Source: Armatimonadota bacterium (GTDB taxonomy: Bacteria > Armatimonadota > Armatimonadia > Armatimonadales > Armatimonadaceae). Taken from it: DNA of 64,000 nucleotides. Shown here piece after piece: positions 38,934 through 47,380 of this stretch. The position numbers and the translations under genes are program-made. Position 1 is the stretch's first letter. Every line of letters begins with the position of its first letter. Under the pieces are notes generated by a model. It worked only from the letters and a program-made list of their open reading frames with translations, was not told the DNA's origin and ran no database searches. The stretch spans positions 1 to 64,000 of the forward strand of contig JAYUUO010000282.1 in NCBI GenBank assembly GCA_043754515.1, read 5' to 3'.

Positions 38934-40847
38934 ATGAAACCATTATTTTTCTTCCCGAAAGCCGCGACGCGCGGTCAACTCGCCGTGCGCCTGCCGCTCG
39001 CATTTGCCGCGATCGCGCTGTGCTCGCCGCTCCTCGTCAGCGTCGGTTGCGGCGGATCGGCGGGCGGCGACCCGTCCACAACGCACGCCACGTCGCGTAA
39101 AACCGGCGGCTTGTCACTCAGCGTCACCTGGCCCGAGCGGACCCGTCTGATCCCCGACGCGTCGGAAAGCATCGTCGTCACGGTGCTCAAGGCCGGTGCC
39201 AGCCTCCGTACCGCGACGCTCACTCGCCCCGCCGCCGGTCAACCGCTAACGACCACGGCGTCGTTCGATGACCTGCCCGTCGGCACCGATTACGTGGTCA
39301 CCGCCGCTGCGTTCCCCGTGCCCGGCGGTACCGGCGTCGCGCAGGCGCGCTCCTCCATGACGTTCGCCTTCGCCGTGACCGACAACGTACGCACCCCAGT
39401 TTCGGTCACGATGGACTCGACCATCGTGAAACTCGCCCTGCAACCCTTGCTCCTATTCCCGCTCGGCGCGGGGCGCACCCAGACCTTTAGTCTGGTCGCG
39501 ACTGACGCGCAGGGAAATATCGTGCTGACGTCGCCGCGCAAGTTGAACTTCAACCTTGCCCAAGACACTGCCGGTACCGCGACACTAACTCAAGACGCCC
39601 TTACATCGTCCGCGACGCTCGCGGTGGTCGCCCCGCCCGCGAACGGGCGCGTGAAGCTCACGATCACGGCGACGGATACCGAGTCGGGCAAAATAGCGAC
39701 GGAAGATGTTTACGTGAACGCGGTCGGGCTTGCCACCGATGCGACCTGGGCGAAGTTCCATGGGGATGTACATAACACGGGCCGGCTCGCGCAGATGCTA
39801 ACCCCGCCGGTCGGCGGCACGGCGACCGTTTTTGCCACGGTAGCCTCGCAGATCGTTTTCTCATCCCCGGTGATTGACAAGAGTGGGAATGTCTATATCG
39901 GGGCGTATGACAAGAATATCTACGCGTTCGACAAGAACGGCAACAAACTCTGGTCGGTTGCCACGGGTGACATCATCGAGTCTACGCCCGCTCTGTCGAA
40001 GGATGGCGCTCTGTATGTCGGTAGCAACGACGGGAAGTTGTACTGCATAGAGACTTCGACGGGCGCGGTGCGATACACCGTTCCCGTGGACGGCTCCATA
40101 TATGGCTCGCCGGTGATCGGGGATAATGGCATTGTGTACTTTGCTACGACCGACCCCGGTAGTAGCGTCTACGCGATAGACGCTCTGTCTGGCGTTATAA
40201 AGTGGAAACAAGCCGTGCCCGGTGCCGGCGTACAAACCACGCCCGCCCTGAGCCTCGACGGGAGCGTGCTCTACTTCGGCGCGAACAGCGGCATGGTCTA
40301 CGCCAAGAACGTGACAGACGGCAGTGACGCGCACACCGCCTTCCAGGCGGACGCCGAGGTTTACACTTCGTCGTGCATGGTGGGCGATGACGGGACCGTC
40401 TACTTTGGTACACTCGGTGGCAAGCTGTATGCGCTGAACGCGGACCTGACGCCCAAGTGGGCTAGCCCGTACGACACGGGTGCACCCATCTACGGTACTC
40501 CGGCGATCAGTAGTGACGGTAGCACGGTCTACGTCGGGAATCTCGACAATTTCAGCGGACTGAACACCAACAAGTTGACCGCCGTCAATACCGCCGGGGG
40601 CGACAATAAGTGGGAGTTTGTTACAGGGGACGGGATCACCGCGTCCGCCGCGGTCGGCTCCGATGACACTATCTATGTCACTTCTTTCGACAGCAACCTG
40701 TACGCGCTGAACCCGGATGGGTCGCTTAAATCGAAGACACCGATCGCGGCGGCGGCGGGAACCGCCGTCGAATCGTCGCCGGGCTTCGGGCCTGACGGGG
40801 CGATCTATTTCGGTTCCACGGACGGCACGATACAGGTCGTTCGCTAA
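38934..40847 (+). CDS. Lipoprotein with Ig-like domains and C-terminal PQQ-like beta-propeller
   Basis: Lipobox VGC; WAKFHGDVHNTG followed by about eight S/TPxI..DG.VY.G..DG.LYA repeats. Confidence 0.85.
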   Translation: MKPLFFFPKAATRGQLAVRLPLAFAAIALCSPLLVSVGCGGSAGGDPSTTHATSRKTGGLSLSVTWPERTRLIPDASESIVVTVLKAGASLRTATLTRPAAGQPLTTTASFDDLPVGTDYVVTAAAFPVPGGTGVAQARSSMTFAFAVTDNVRTPVSVTMDSTIVKLALQPLLLFPLGAGRTQTFSLVATDAQGNIVLTSPRKLNFNLAQDTAGTATLTQDALTSSATLAVVAPPANGRVKLTITATDTESGKIATEDVYVNAVGLATDATWAKFHGDVHNTGRLAQMLTPPVGGTATVFATVASQIVFSSPVIDKSGNVYIGAYDKNIYAFDKNGNKLWSVATGDIIESTPALSKDGALYVGSNDGKLYCIETSTGAVRYTVPVDGSIYGSPVIGDNGIVYFATTDPGSSVYAIDALSGVIKWKQAVPGAGVQTTPALSLDGSVLYFGANSGMVYAKNVTDGSDAHTAFQADAEVYTSSCMVGDDGTVYFGTLGGKLYALNADLTPKWASPYDTGAPIYGTPAISSDGSTVYVGNLDNFSGLNTNKLTAVNTAGGDNKWEFVTGDGITASAAVGSDDTIYVTSFDSNLYALNPDGSLKSKTPIAAAAGTAVESSPGFGPDGAIYFGSTDGTIQVVR

Positions 40848-40904
40848 TTTTCCGCGACGGGGTCAGGAAATCCCCGCGCCGCCAAGGATCAAACGGTAAC
40901 AATT

Positions 40905-43900
40905 ATGAACACACAAATAACGCGTCGAGCGGGGCTGAGTGCCTCGCGCTTTGCGAAACGGGCGATGTACGCCGTTTCGCTGACGGCACTCACTCTGCCT
41001 GCCGCCTTCGCCCAGAGCGTCTCGCCGGGCGACAAACCCGCTGTCCCCGCCGCGGAACTGTTGCGAATCCAGGAGCAGCGGTCACTGTTGCCCGCCGCCC
41101 GTCTCGGCTCCAAGACCCGGAGCGGAACCGCCACGGCGAAGGCATCGGGGAGTGCTGTGCCGCTACGCGTTGACCTGGGTAACGTGAGTAACACCACATG
41201 GGAGTCCATCGGTCCTTTCGGATCGCGCGTGGTTTCGGGATCGCAAGGTGCGCTAGGAGTGTTGGGTTCCTACGTCGCCGGGCGCGTGAACGGCGTCGCT
41301 TATGACCCGAAGAACGCGAACATCATCTATGCGGCGACCGCGGGAGGTGGTCTCTGGCGATACAACGCGGCGAGCACTCTGTCCGCCGCGCCCACGTACC
41401 CATGGCGGCCTCTCGGCGACAAGTTTCCCTCACTCGCCTGTAACTGCGTCACGGTTAGCCCGTTCAACTCGAACGTGGTTTTCGCTGGAACGACGGCGGG
41501 AATACAGCGCTCTATAAACGGCGGCAACTCGTTCGTCACTATAGGCACGCAACTCGGGTCGGTGACTAAGATCATCGTTGACCCCGACCGTAGTAACACC
41601 CTGTTCGCAACTTCGACCGGGGGAGGCATCTCCGTCTCAACTGACCTGGGTAACTCGTGGAGCAATGTCGCGCCCGGAACCAGGCTCGACGACGGGGTCG
41701 GCGCACCTAACTCAAAACCTCAACCCATCGGAGAGGAGTGGAACGGCGTCGCGATTTCGGCGGCAGACCCCGCCGACAAGAACGCAGTCAAAGCCCGGTC
41801 GCTGTACGCGACAAGTCGGCGCGGCGGGTTATACCAATCGCTCGATCGCGGGGCGACCTGGAACTTGGTGAACGCGCCGCTCCGGTACAACCCGATCTAT
41901 GACCCCAATACCGGCACAACGCCGCACTTTGACCCGTACCGGGGCGGATACGGCATTAAAGTGGCGACGAGTCTCACCGACCCGAAGACAGTTTATGTGA
42001 TGGACTCGAACGAGTTATTCAACGACGGAAAGATCTTCGTTAGCCGGGACGCAGGCGCGACATGGACGGAAATCAGTGGGAGCTACCCGGTGAATGAAGG
42101 TCCTAGCAACAACTGGTCAATCTCTTCGCGGAACCTTGCCATGATAGCTATTCCGCAATCAGTGCTGAATGAGTTCGGGATGTTCGACAGCGTGGACGCG
42201 GTTCTTGGTAGCGTTCGTACCACTTACTCGACGTTATTCAGCGGCGACAGTGTTCTCAACGCGATTTATCCAGGACGCGACTGGACATTCGCTGGCCAAA
42301 CCCACGTTGACCAGAAGGACTTCTCCTATACGCCGACGAACCCGCTCGGCGTCATAGCCGCGAATGAGGGTGGGATCTACGGGATGGTTTTCGATCCCAA
42401 CTCGGGAACCTGGGCGTACAGCCCGACTCCTTACAACGCGTTCCTCGCCGCCACGGAGTTTTATGCGACGGCGTTCCACCCCTTCCGGGAACTTACCGCT
42501 TTGGGTGGGACGATCAATAACGGAGTGACGCGCACCCAGGGGAGCAAAACTGGCTGGAGCCAGATCCCGACCGTGCCAGGGCCTTTCGGTCCTCTTCGGC
42601 CACGGTCGGTCTTGGTGGACGAGTTACCGACTGGCGCGGGTAACCCGGATGGCTTTTTCGGTGGTCCCCCGGACGAGTCTGTTAACGCAGGCCTGTATGT
42701 TGGATCGGTAGCCTACGACTCTGGTAGTCCTAACATCCAGTATATCTACGGCAGATTACGTAGTGGTAGTGGCAGTGACAGGGGGACGATTCTCGTTACC
42801 ACGGATAACTGGCAGCATGGTTTCGATATTACGCCGAGCCGCACTATACACAATGCGCAGGGGACCTCTTTCGTGTTGGCGGATGGGGTTACGAAAATTT
42901 ATGCATTCAATCAGGTGAATGCACAGGATTCGTCCACGCCGACAAACTGGGCGGGGGAGACGAAGCGGTATCAGGGCATTCTTGCTGTTGATCCATCGGA
43001 GAGTGACCTGGGTTCCAGTCTCCTCTACTCCGGCGGATACTTCCTGTGGCGCTACGACCTACGGCCGGGTATCGCTCCGATCGTCAACAAACTCAACGTG
43101 GATCGCGGGATCTGGCGGCGGGTCGGTACGACGCAACTCGCCACACCCGAAACGGTGAACGGGACCATGTCGGAAGATTACATTACCGCCATCGCCGTCA
43201 CAAGTGACGGGGGGCGCGTGTACGTCGGGACGCACCTCGGTCGCCTGTGGATGACGCGCTTCCCACGTAACGCGGACTCGACCGTTCCCATCCCGCTACT
43301 AACCGCGCCGTGGCTCAAGATGGATAATTCCACACTTCCGAGCCGATTTGATCCGCCCACGCCGGGGGGACAGATCCGCCGGGAAATTACCACGATCTCA
43401 GTGAACGAGAACACTTCCCTGTCAGACATCGTCGTCGGCGTGGCGGGGGCGGGGGTCTTCCGTTGCGCCAACACACTCAGCCAGAACTTCCTGTTCACCA
43501 CCCAGAACGGCACCGGGATAGGCACGAACCTGCCCGACCTGAACGTAACCACGATCGCTCGGGACACTATTTCAGGCGACCCCGACAACTCGTGGCTCGT
43601 CGGGACGAGTTCCGGCGTTTATTCCACCATCAACCAGGGTTCCTCCTGGGCGGATGCGACCGTGCCGCTTGGCTTGCCGCAGGTGCCGATCGTTTCGCTG
43701 GACATCAACCCGTTCACCGGCTTTGCCAGTGTCGGCACGGCGGGCCGCGGGGCTTGGCGGTTCGACCTCGAAGGCTCAATTGAAAACACCGCCGCGCCGA
43801 ATCTGGGTATCAACTACGCGCTCTCGCGCAACGCGGGCGTCATTTACGGCACGATAACGGTGAACAACCTGCCGTCGGTCGCCAACCCGAATCCGGGGCA

Positions 43901-44147
43901 GGCGCAGAACGTGCAGATTACGAGCGCGAAACTAAACACACGGTCGGGAGGGATAACCGAAGCGGTCTCCACGCCGGTCAAACTCGGCACCATAGGCGTC
44001 GGCGCGAACAGTTCGCGCACGACGACCGTTACGTGGCCGAACGGAGCCGGCAAGCCCGGTGAAGTGGTCATCCTGACGGTTACCGTGACCTACAACTCGG
44101 CTAGCGGCAAGCCCGTCACGCTGACGTCGCGGACGCGTCTGCCGTAG
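40905..44147 (+). CDS. Secreted Asp-box (BNR/Vps10-like) beta-propeller protein
   Basis: Signal peptide AFA; WESIGP...GRV...DP, YAATAGGGLW; Asp-boxes STDLGNSW, SLDRGATW, SRDAGATW; GTAGRGAW. Confidence 0.82.
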   Translation: MNTQITRRAGLSASRFAKRAMYAVSLTALTLPAAFAQSVSPGDKPAVPAAELLRIQEQRSLLPAARLGSKTRSGTATAKASGSAVPLRVDLGNVSNTTWESIGPFGSRVVSGSQGALGVLGSYVAGRVNGVAYDPKNANIIYAATAGGGLWRYNAASTLSAAPTYPWRPLGDKFPSLACNCVTVSPFNSNVVFAGTTAGIQRSINGGNSFVTIGTQLGSVTKIIVDPDRSNTLFATSTGGGISVSTDLGNSWSNVAPGTRLDDGVGAPNSKPQPIGEEWNGVAISAADPADKNAVKARSLYATSRRGGLYQSLDRGATWNLVNAPLRYNPIYDPNTGTTPHFDPYRGGYGIKVATSLTDPKTVYVMDSNELFNDGKIFVSRDAGATWTEISGSYPVNEGPSNNWSISSRNLAMIAIPQSVLNEFGMFDSVDAVLGSVRTTYSTLFSGDSVLNAIYPGRDWTFAGQTHVDQKDFSYTPTNPLGVIAANEGGIYGMVFDPNSGTWAYSPTPYNAFLAATEFYATAFHPFRELTALGGTINNGVTRTQGSKTGWSQIPTVPGPFGPLRPRSVLVDELPTGAGNPDGFFGGPPDESVNAGLYVGSVAYDSGSPNIQYIYGRLRSGSGSDRGTILVTTDNWQHGFDITPSRTIHNAQGTSFVLADGVTKIYAFNQVNAQDSSTPTNWAGETKRYQGILAVDPSESDLGSSLLYSGGYFLWRYDLRPGIAPIVNKLNVDRGIWRRVGTTQLATPETVNGTMSEDYITAIAVTSDGGRVYVGTHLGRLWMTRFPRNADSTVPIPLLTAPWLKMDNSTLPSRFDPPTPGGQIRREITTISVNENTSLSDIVVGVAGAGVFRCANTLSQNFLFTTQNGTGIGTNLPDLNVTTIARDTISGDPDNSWLVGTSSGVYSTINQGSSWADATVPLGLPQVPIVSLDINPFTGFASVGTAGRGAWRFDLEGSIENTAAPNLGINYALSRNAGVIYGTITVNNLPSVANPNPGQAQNVQITSAKLNTRSGGITEAVSTPVKLGTIGVGANSSRTTTVTWPNGAGKPGEVVILTVTVTYNSASGKPVTLTSRTRLP

Positions 44148-44167
44148 ACACTACCCGGATAGGGAAG

Positions 44168-44207
44168 AGAGCGGCCGGCGGGAATCTCCCGCCGGCCGCT
44201 CTTTTTT
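44168..44207. terminator. Probably bidirectional intrinsic terminator
   Basis: 16-bp stem AGAGCGGCCGGCGGGA/TCCCGCCGGCCGCTCT followed by a T-run, between convergent genes. Confidence 0.88.
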
Positions 44208-44224
44208 CGCCCGGTGTGGACTGA

Positions 44225-44881
44225 TTAGCGGCCTAGCCAGCCCAAGAAGAAGTAGAAAATGCCCCCCAGGCCGACTAGAAAACTGGCGTACCATATTGCC
44301 CGGATACGGGTGAGCGCGGAGATGGCGGACAGCGCGATGGCGACCTGGATGAGCGAGACCGACCACGCGAAGCGGTGGTGGCGGTGCAGGTTGTGTTCGG
44401 ACTCCTCCTCCAAGTGCTTCGCCTTCTCCATCAAGTCTTCCTCTTTGCCTTTCTCTTTCTCCGCGCGTCCGATGTATTCGGCGAGCCGCGCCGGTGGGGT
44501 AGCCGCCTTCCACGATGCTTCGGCCTTCTTCTCTCCGCCCTTCGCGGAACCGGTCGGTTTCTCGCTGCCCTTCGCGGGGGCGATGCCCGCGTCTAGGAAT
44601 GTGTTGGCTTGTAGCGTCAGCGCGTAATCCTTCTGCCGCGCCGCCTGGTATTCGCTCCACGTGTCCGACGCTTTCAACTGATTAATCATCGCCTCGTTCA
44701 CGAGCGAGCCGGATTGGAGTGATCCGACCGCCGCGAACACGGCGAGGAACGCGGTCGAAAGGGCGATATAGCGCACCCACGAGTTGCGGGTCTCCTCTTC
44801 CTTGTGCTCGCGCCGCTCCTCCTGCAACTCGGACAGGGTCTCCTGCATCTCGTTCGTTTCTATCTCGGGTCCTTCGGGCAT
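44225..44881 (-). CDS. DUF4337-like membrane protein
   Basis: IALSTAFLAVFAA, ASDTWSEYQA, LIQVAIALSAISALT. Confidence 0.8.
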   Translation of the reverse strand: MPEGPEIETNEMQETLSELQEERREHKEEETRNSWVRYIALSTAFLAVFAAVGSLQSGSLVNEAMINQLKASDTWSEYQAARQKDYALTLQANTFLDAGIAPAKGSEKPTGSAKGGEKKAEASWKAATPPARLAEYIGRAEKEKGKEEDLMEKAKHLEEESEHNLHRHHRFAWSVSLIQVAIALSAISALTRIRAIWYASFLVGLGGIFYFFLGWLGR

Positions 44882-45069
44882 TCTTTTTTCCTGTTCAGAA
44901 TAGGGTACAACTGGTGACATGCCGAATACGGCTAGGCGTAACCGATTGTGTGATATTTCATAGTGATCCGGCGCGCCAACGCCCGCCCTACACGCAACGA
45001 TTATACACCTTACGTGTCACAAGATTAGGCAGCGCGATAATGACCCGCGCCGCCGTGGAGAAAGCTAAC

Positions 45070-46323
45070 GTGAAAGTCTCGATTTTACAACGATCCTTAA
45101 TTCCTTTCGGAGCGGCTTTGATCGCGTCGGGATGCTCGCACCAGCAGCCGGTCGCGATGGCACCACCGACGTACCAGTCGCAACCCGTGCCGATGAATAA
45201 CGCGCCCCAGATGGGCGGCGGGGGCGGCATGATGGCCGGCAATCCGCAAGGGGGGGGAGGGGGACAGGCTGGCCAGGGTAGCGTCTATAACTGGGCGGAT
45301 GTTCCCGCCGGACAGCAGGTGCCGATCATTCGCGCCGTGTTCGATCAGGGCGGCTACCAGCTCTTCGCGCAGAGCGGCGAGACTATCGTGGTACCGTTCG
45401 TAAACCAGAACATGTATGTCATGCGCTTCGGCCAGACCGGTAGCGGTATGTACTTCATCAATGACGGTAAAACGCCTACCCTCTTCGTGCAACCGGGTGC
45501 CTCTTTAGAGAACGCCTCCGCTCAGGGGGCGCGCTGGTACCCGTTCCCACAGAACTACCAATATACCCAGCCGGTGTACATGGGCCTCGCGCCGAGTTGG
45601 GGGCAGTTCGTCAATATGGGATGGTACCCTGGCATGAGCTACTACGGCGGCTACTACGGGTACAGCCCGTTCGGCATCGGCTCGTTCTTGCCGATGGCGG
45701 GCTTGTATTTCAACATCGGCGGGCGGCCCTATTACGGCTGGGGCGGCTACAACTCGTATTACCGCTCGAACCCGAACTTCACGCGGATGCGCACCGTGTA
45801 CAACTACAATTCGGTCGGCTCCAGTCGGTCTGGCTCGTTCGGTAGCGGGGCGCGTAGCGGCGGGTTCGGGCGTAATAGCGGCTCTGGCTCGTTCGGCTCG
45901 GGGCGTACAATGGGCGGCTCCGGCTTCGGGCGCAACAGTGGTAGCGGCTCGTTCGGGTCGGGACGCACATCCACGGGGGGCGGTGCTTTCGGTTCCGGGC
46001 GAACGTCGTCGGGAAGCGGGTCTCTCGGATCGGGTCGCCCCGCAGGCGGTGGCGGCTCGTTCGGCGGGGGAGGCGCGCCCGCGCAACGGCCTTTCGGCGG
46101 AGGCGGGGGTAGCTTCGGCGGCACCACGCGGACCGCGCCCTCCGGCTCGTTCGGGGGTGGGTCATCGGGCTACCGTGGTGGTGGCTCCTTCGGCGGCGGT
46201 CGCCCCTCGTCCGGCGGGTCCTTCGGCGGCGGTTCGTTCAGCGGGAGCCGGCCTTCCGGGGGCGGGTCGTTTGGCGGCGGGCGGTCCTCGTTCGGCGGCG
46301 GTGGCGGCGGAAGGAGACGGTAG
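45070..46323 (+). CDS. Lipoprotein with Tyr/Gly-rich region and long Gly/Ser/Phe/Arg low-complexity tail
   Basis: GGAG then GTG 45070; lipobox IASGC; globular core; about 170-aa SFGGGR-type tail. Confidence 0.82.
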   Translation: MKVSILQRSLIPFGAALIASGCSHQQPVAMAPPTYQSQPVPMNNAPQMGGGGGMMAGNPQGGGGGQAGQGSVYNWADVPAGQQVPIIRAVFDQGGYQLFAQSGETIVVPFVNQNMYVMRFGQTGSGMYFINDGKTPTLFVQPGASLENASAQGARWYPFPQNYQYTQPVYMGLAPSWGQFVNMGWYPGMSYYGGYYGYSPFGIGSFLPMAGLYFNIGGRPYYGWGGYNSYYRSNPNFTRMRTVYNYNSVGSSRSGSFGSGARSGGFGRNSGSGSFGSGRTMGGSGFGRNSGSGSFGSGRTSTGGGAFGSGRTSSGSGSLGSGRPAGGGGSFGGGGAPAQRPFGGGGGSFGGTTRTAPSGSFGGGSSGYRGGGSFGGGRPSSGGSFGGGSFSGSRPSGGGSFGGGRSSFGGGGGGRRR

Positions 46324-46326
46324 ACG

Positions 46327-46776
46327 ATGAATAATCTGATGTTCCGCACCGGGGGCAATTGGGACAGCACCACGCTCCATAACAATGGCGTCGAGGTTCC
46401 GGCGGCGCAACTCTTCATCGAGTTGCTCGCCGGACGTGACGACTACGGCAACCCGGATGCGGGCGGCATCTATGCCGGTACACAGTTGACCGCTATCGTC
46501 CGTCCGCAAGACGACCCGATGAATCCGATGGACATATTGCCGGGGCGCGTCTCCGTGCAGTTTCCAGGGCACGAGATCATCATCGAGAACCTGCACCCGC
46601 TCGTGATGCTTGACAATACGCACGTCTGGTACAACGGCGAGGACATCACGCACCGCGTCGTGGATGTGTACGTTGATGTGAACGTCGTGGATGATGTCGT
46701 GAGTGCTTACGTCACCCTCTACAAGCCGCACTGGATCGCAGCCGATGAAGTCATTACCTACTCGATAGCCGGATAA
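46327..46776 (+). CDS. Hypothetical acidic beta-rich protein
   Basis: Starts 3 nt after the upstream stop, with AGGAG; host codon bias. Confidence 0.8.
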   Translation: MNNLMFRTGGNWDSTTLHNNGVEVPAAQLFIELLAGRDDYGNPDAGGIYAGTQLTAIVRPQDDPMNPMDILPGRVSVQFPGHEIIIENLHPLVMLDNTHVWYNGEDITHRVVDVYVDVNVVDDVVSAYVTLYKPHWIAADEVITYSIAG

Positions 46777-46800
46777 AAAAGAAGAGCAGAAAGACAAACC

Positions 46801-47310
46801 ATGTTTGGTACCAATAAAACAACCGCCCCGCCCGCCCGCCCCGCCGCCGCCGAAGTCGCCCGATTCCGGAATAACCTGACGCACGTCATCGTGAGCGGGG
46901 GGGCACCCGACGGTATTAACGTGTTCGTCAACGCCGTCCCGGTGCTTACGGGTGCCATCGAGAGCCTTAGCGTCACCATCGTCGCGCCCGGCGACGGCGA
47001 CGCCGGGACGCTGACCGGAATACTGTCCCGCTACGAGACCGGCGCGGACGGCACACGCACGCAGCAAGCCGTGGCCCTTTTTCCCGGCACGGTGGAGATC
47101 GTTACGAAGCAGAGGCGACTCGTAGTGTCCTGCCAGGAACCGGGCGTGTTCGACGGGCTGTGGCTCGGCTTGGGCATGAACGAAGACGGTACGAGTAGCG
47201 AGCTAACCGGGGTCCAGAGCCTGCATGTGGTTGTTACGCCGTCCCTGTGCGACGCGAAACTGACGTGGAGCGAGGACGGCACGACCGAAGACATTTTCCC
47301 GCTCACTTAA
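46801..47310 (+). CDS. Hypothetical beta-rich protein
   Basis: Co-oriented third gene, followed by a terminator hairpin. Confidence 0.78.
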   Translation: MFGTNKTTAPPARPAAAEVARFRNNLTHVIVSGGAPDGINVFVNAVPVLTGAIESLSVTIVAPGDGDAGTLTGILSRYETGADGTRTQQAVALFPGTVEIVTKQRRLVVSCQEPGVFDGLWLGLGMNEDGTSSELTGVQSLHVVVTPSLCDAKLTWSEDGTTEDIFPLT

Positions 47311-47325
47311 GTGGGAGTGACATAG

Positions 47326-47376
47326 ATCGCGGGCGCGGGGGATGGGTTCGATCCCCTCCCCCGCGCCCGCGATTTT
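47326..47376. terminator. Terminator hairpin between convergent genes
   Basis: ATCGCGGGCGCGGGGGA...TCCCCCGCGCCCGCGAT followed by TTT. Confidence 0.75.
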
Positions 47377-47380
47377 ACGA

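Noticed and set aside
37843..39003. 386-aa minus-strand ORF and similar long shadow ORFs (19462-20328, 33306-34073, 47247-48326, 57757-58509)
   Set aside because: They lie antisense to well-supported genes, are Arg/Pro/Ala-rich without motifs, and are expected in high-GC DNA.
44719..45069. N-terminal extension of the Gly-rich protein (also the extensions of deaD to 49393 and pheT from 60343)
   Set aside because: They overlap divergent genes or promoters; RBS, signal peptide or family N-terminus indicate later starts.
45811..46320. CRISPR array or DNA satellite
   Set aside because: The repeats are degenerate, in-frame peptide repeats without unique spacers, and no cas genes are present.
47343..47356. 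tRNA T-loop-like GGGTTCGATCCC
   Set aside because: It caps one long GC hairpin with no D-arm, anticodon arm or CCA; better explained as a terminator between convergent genes.
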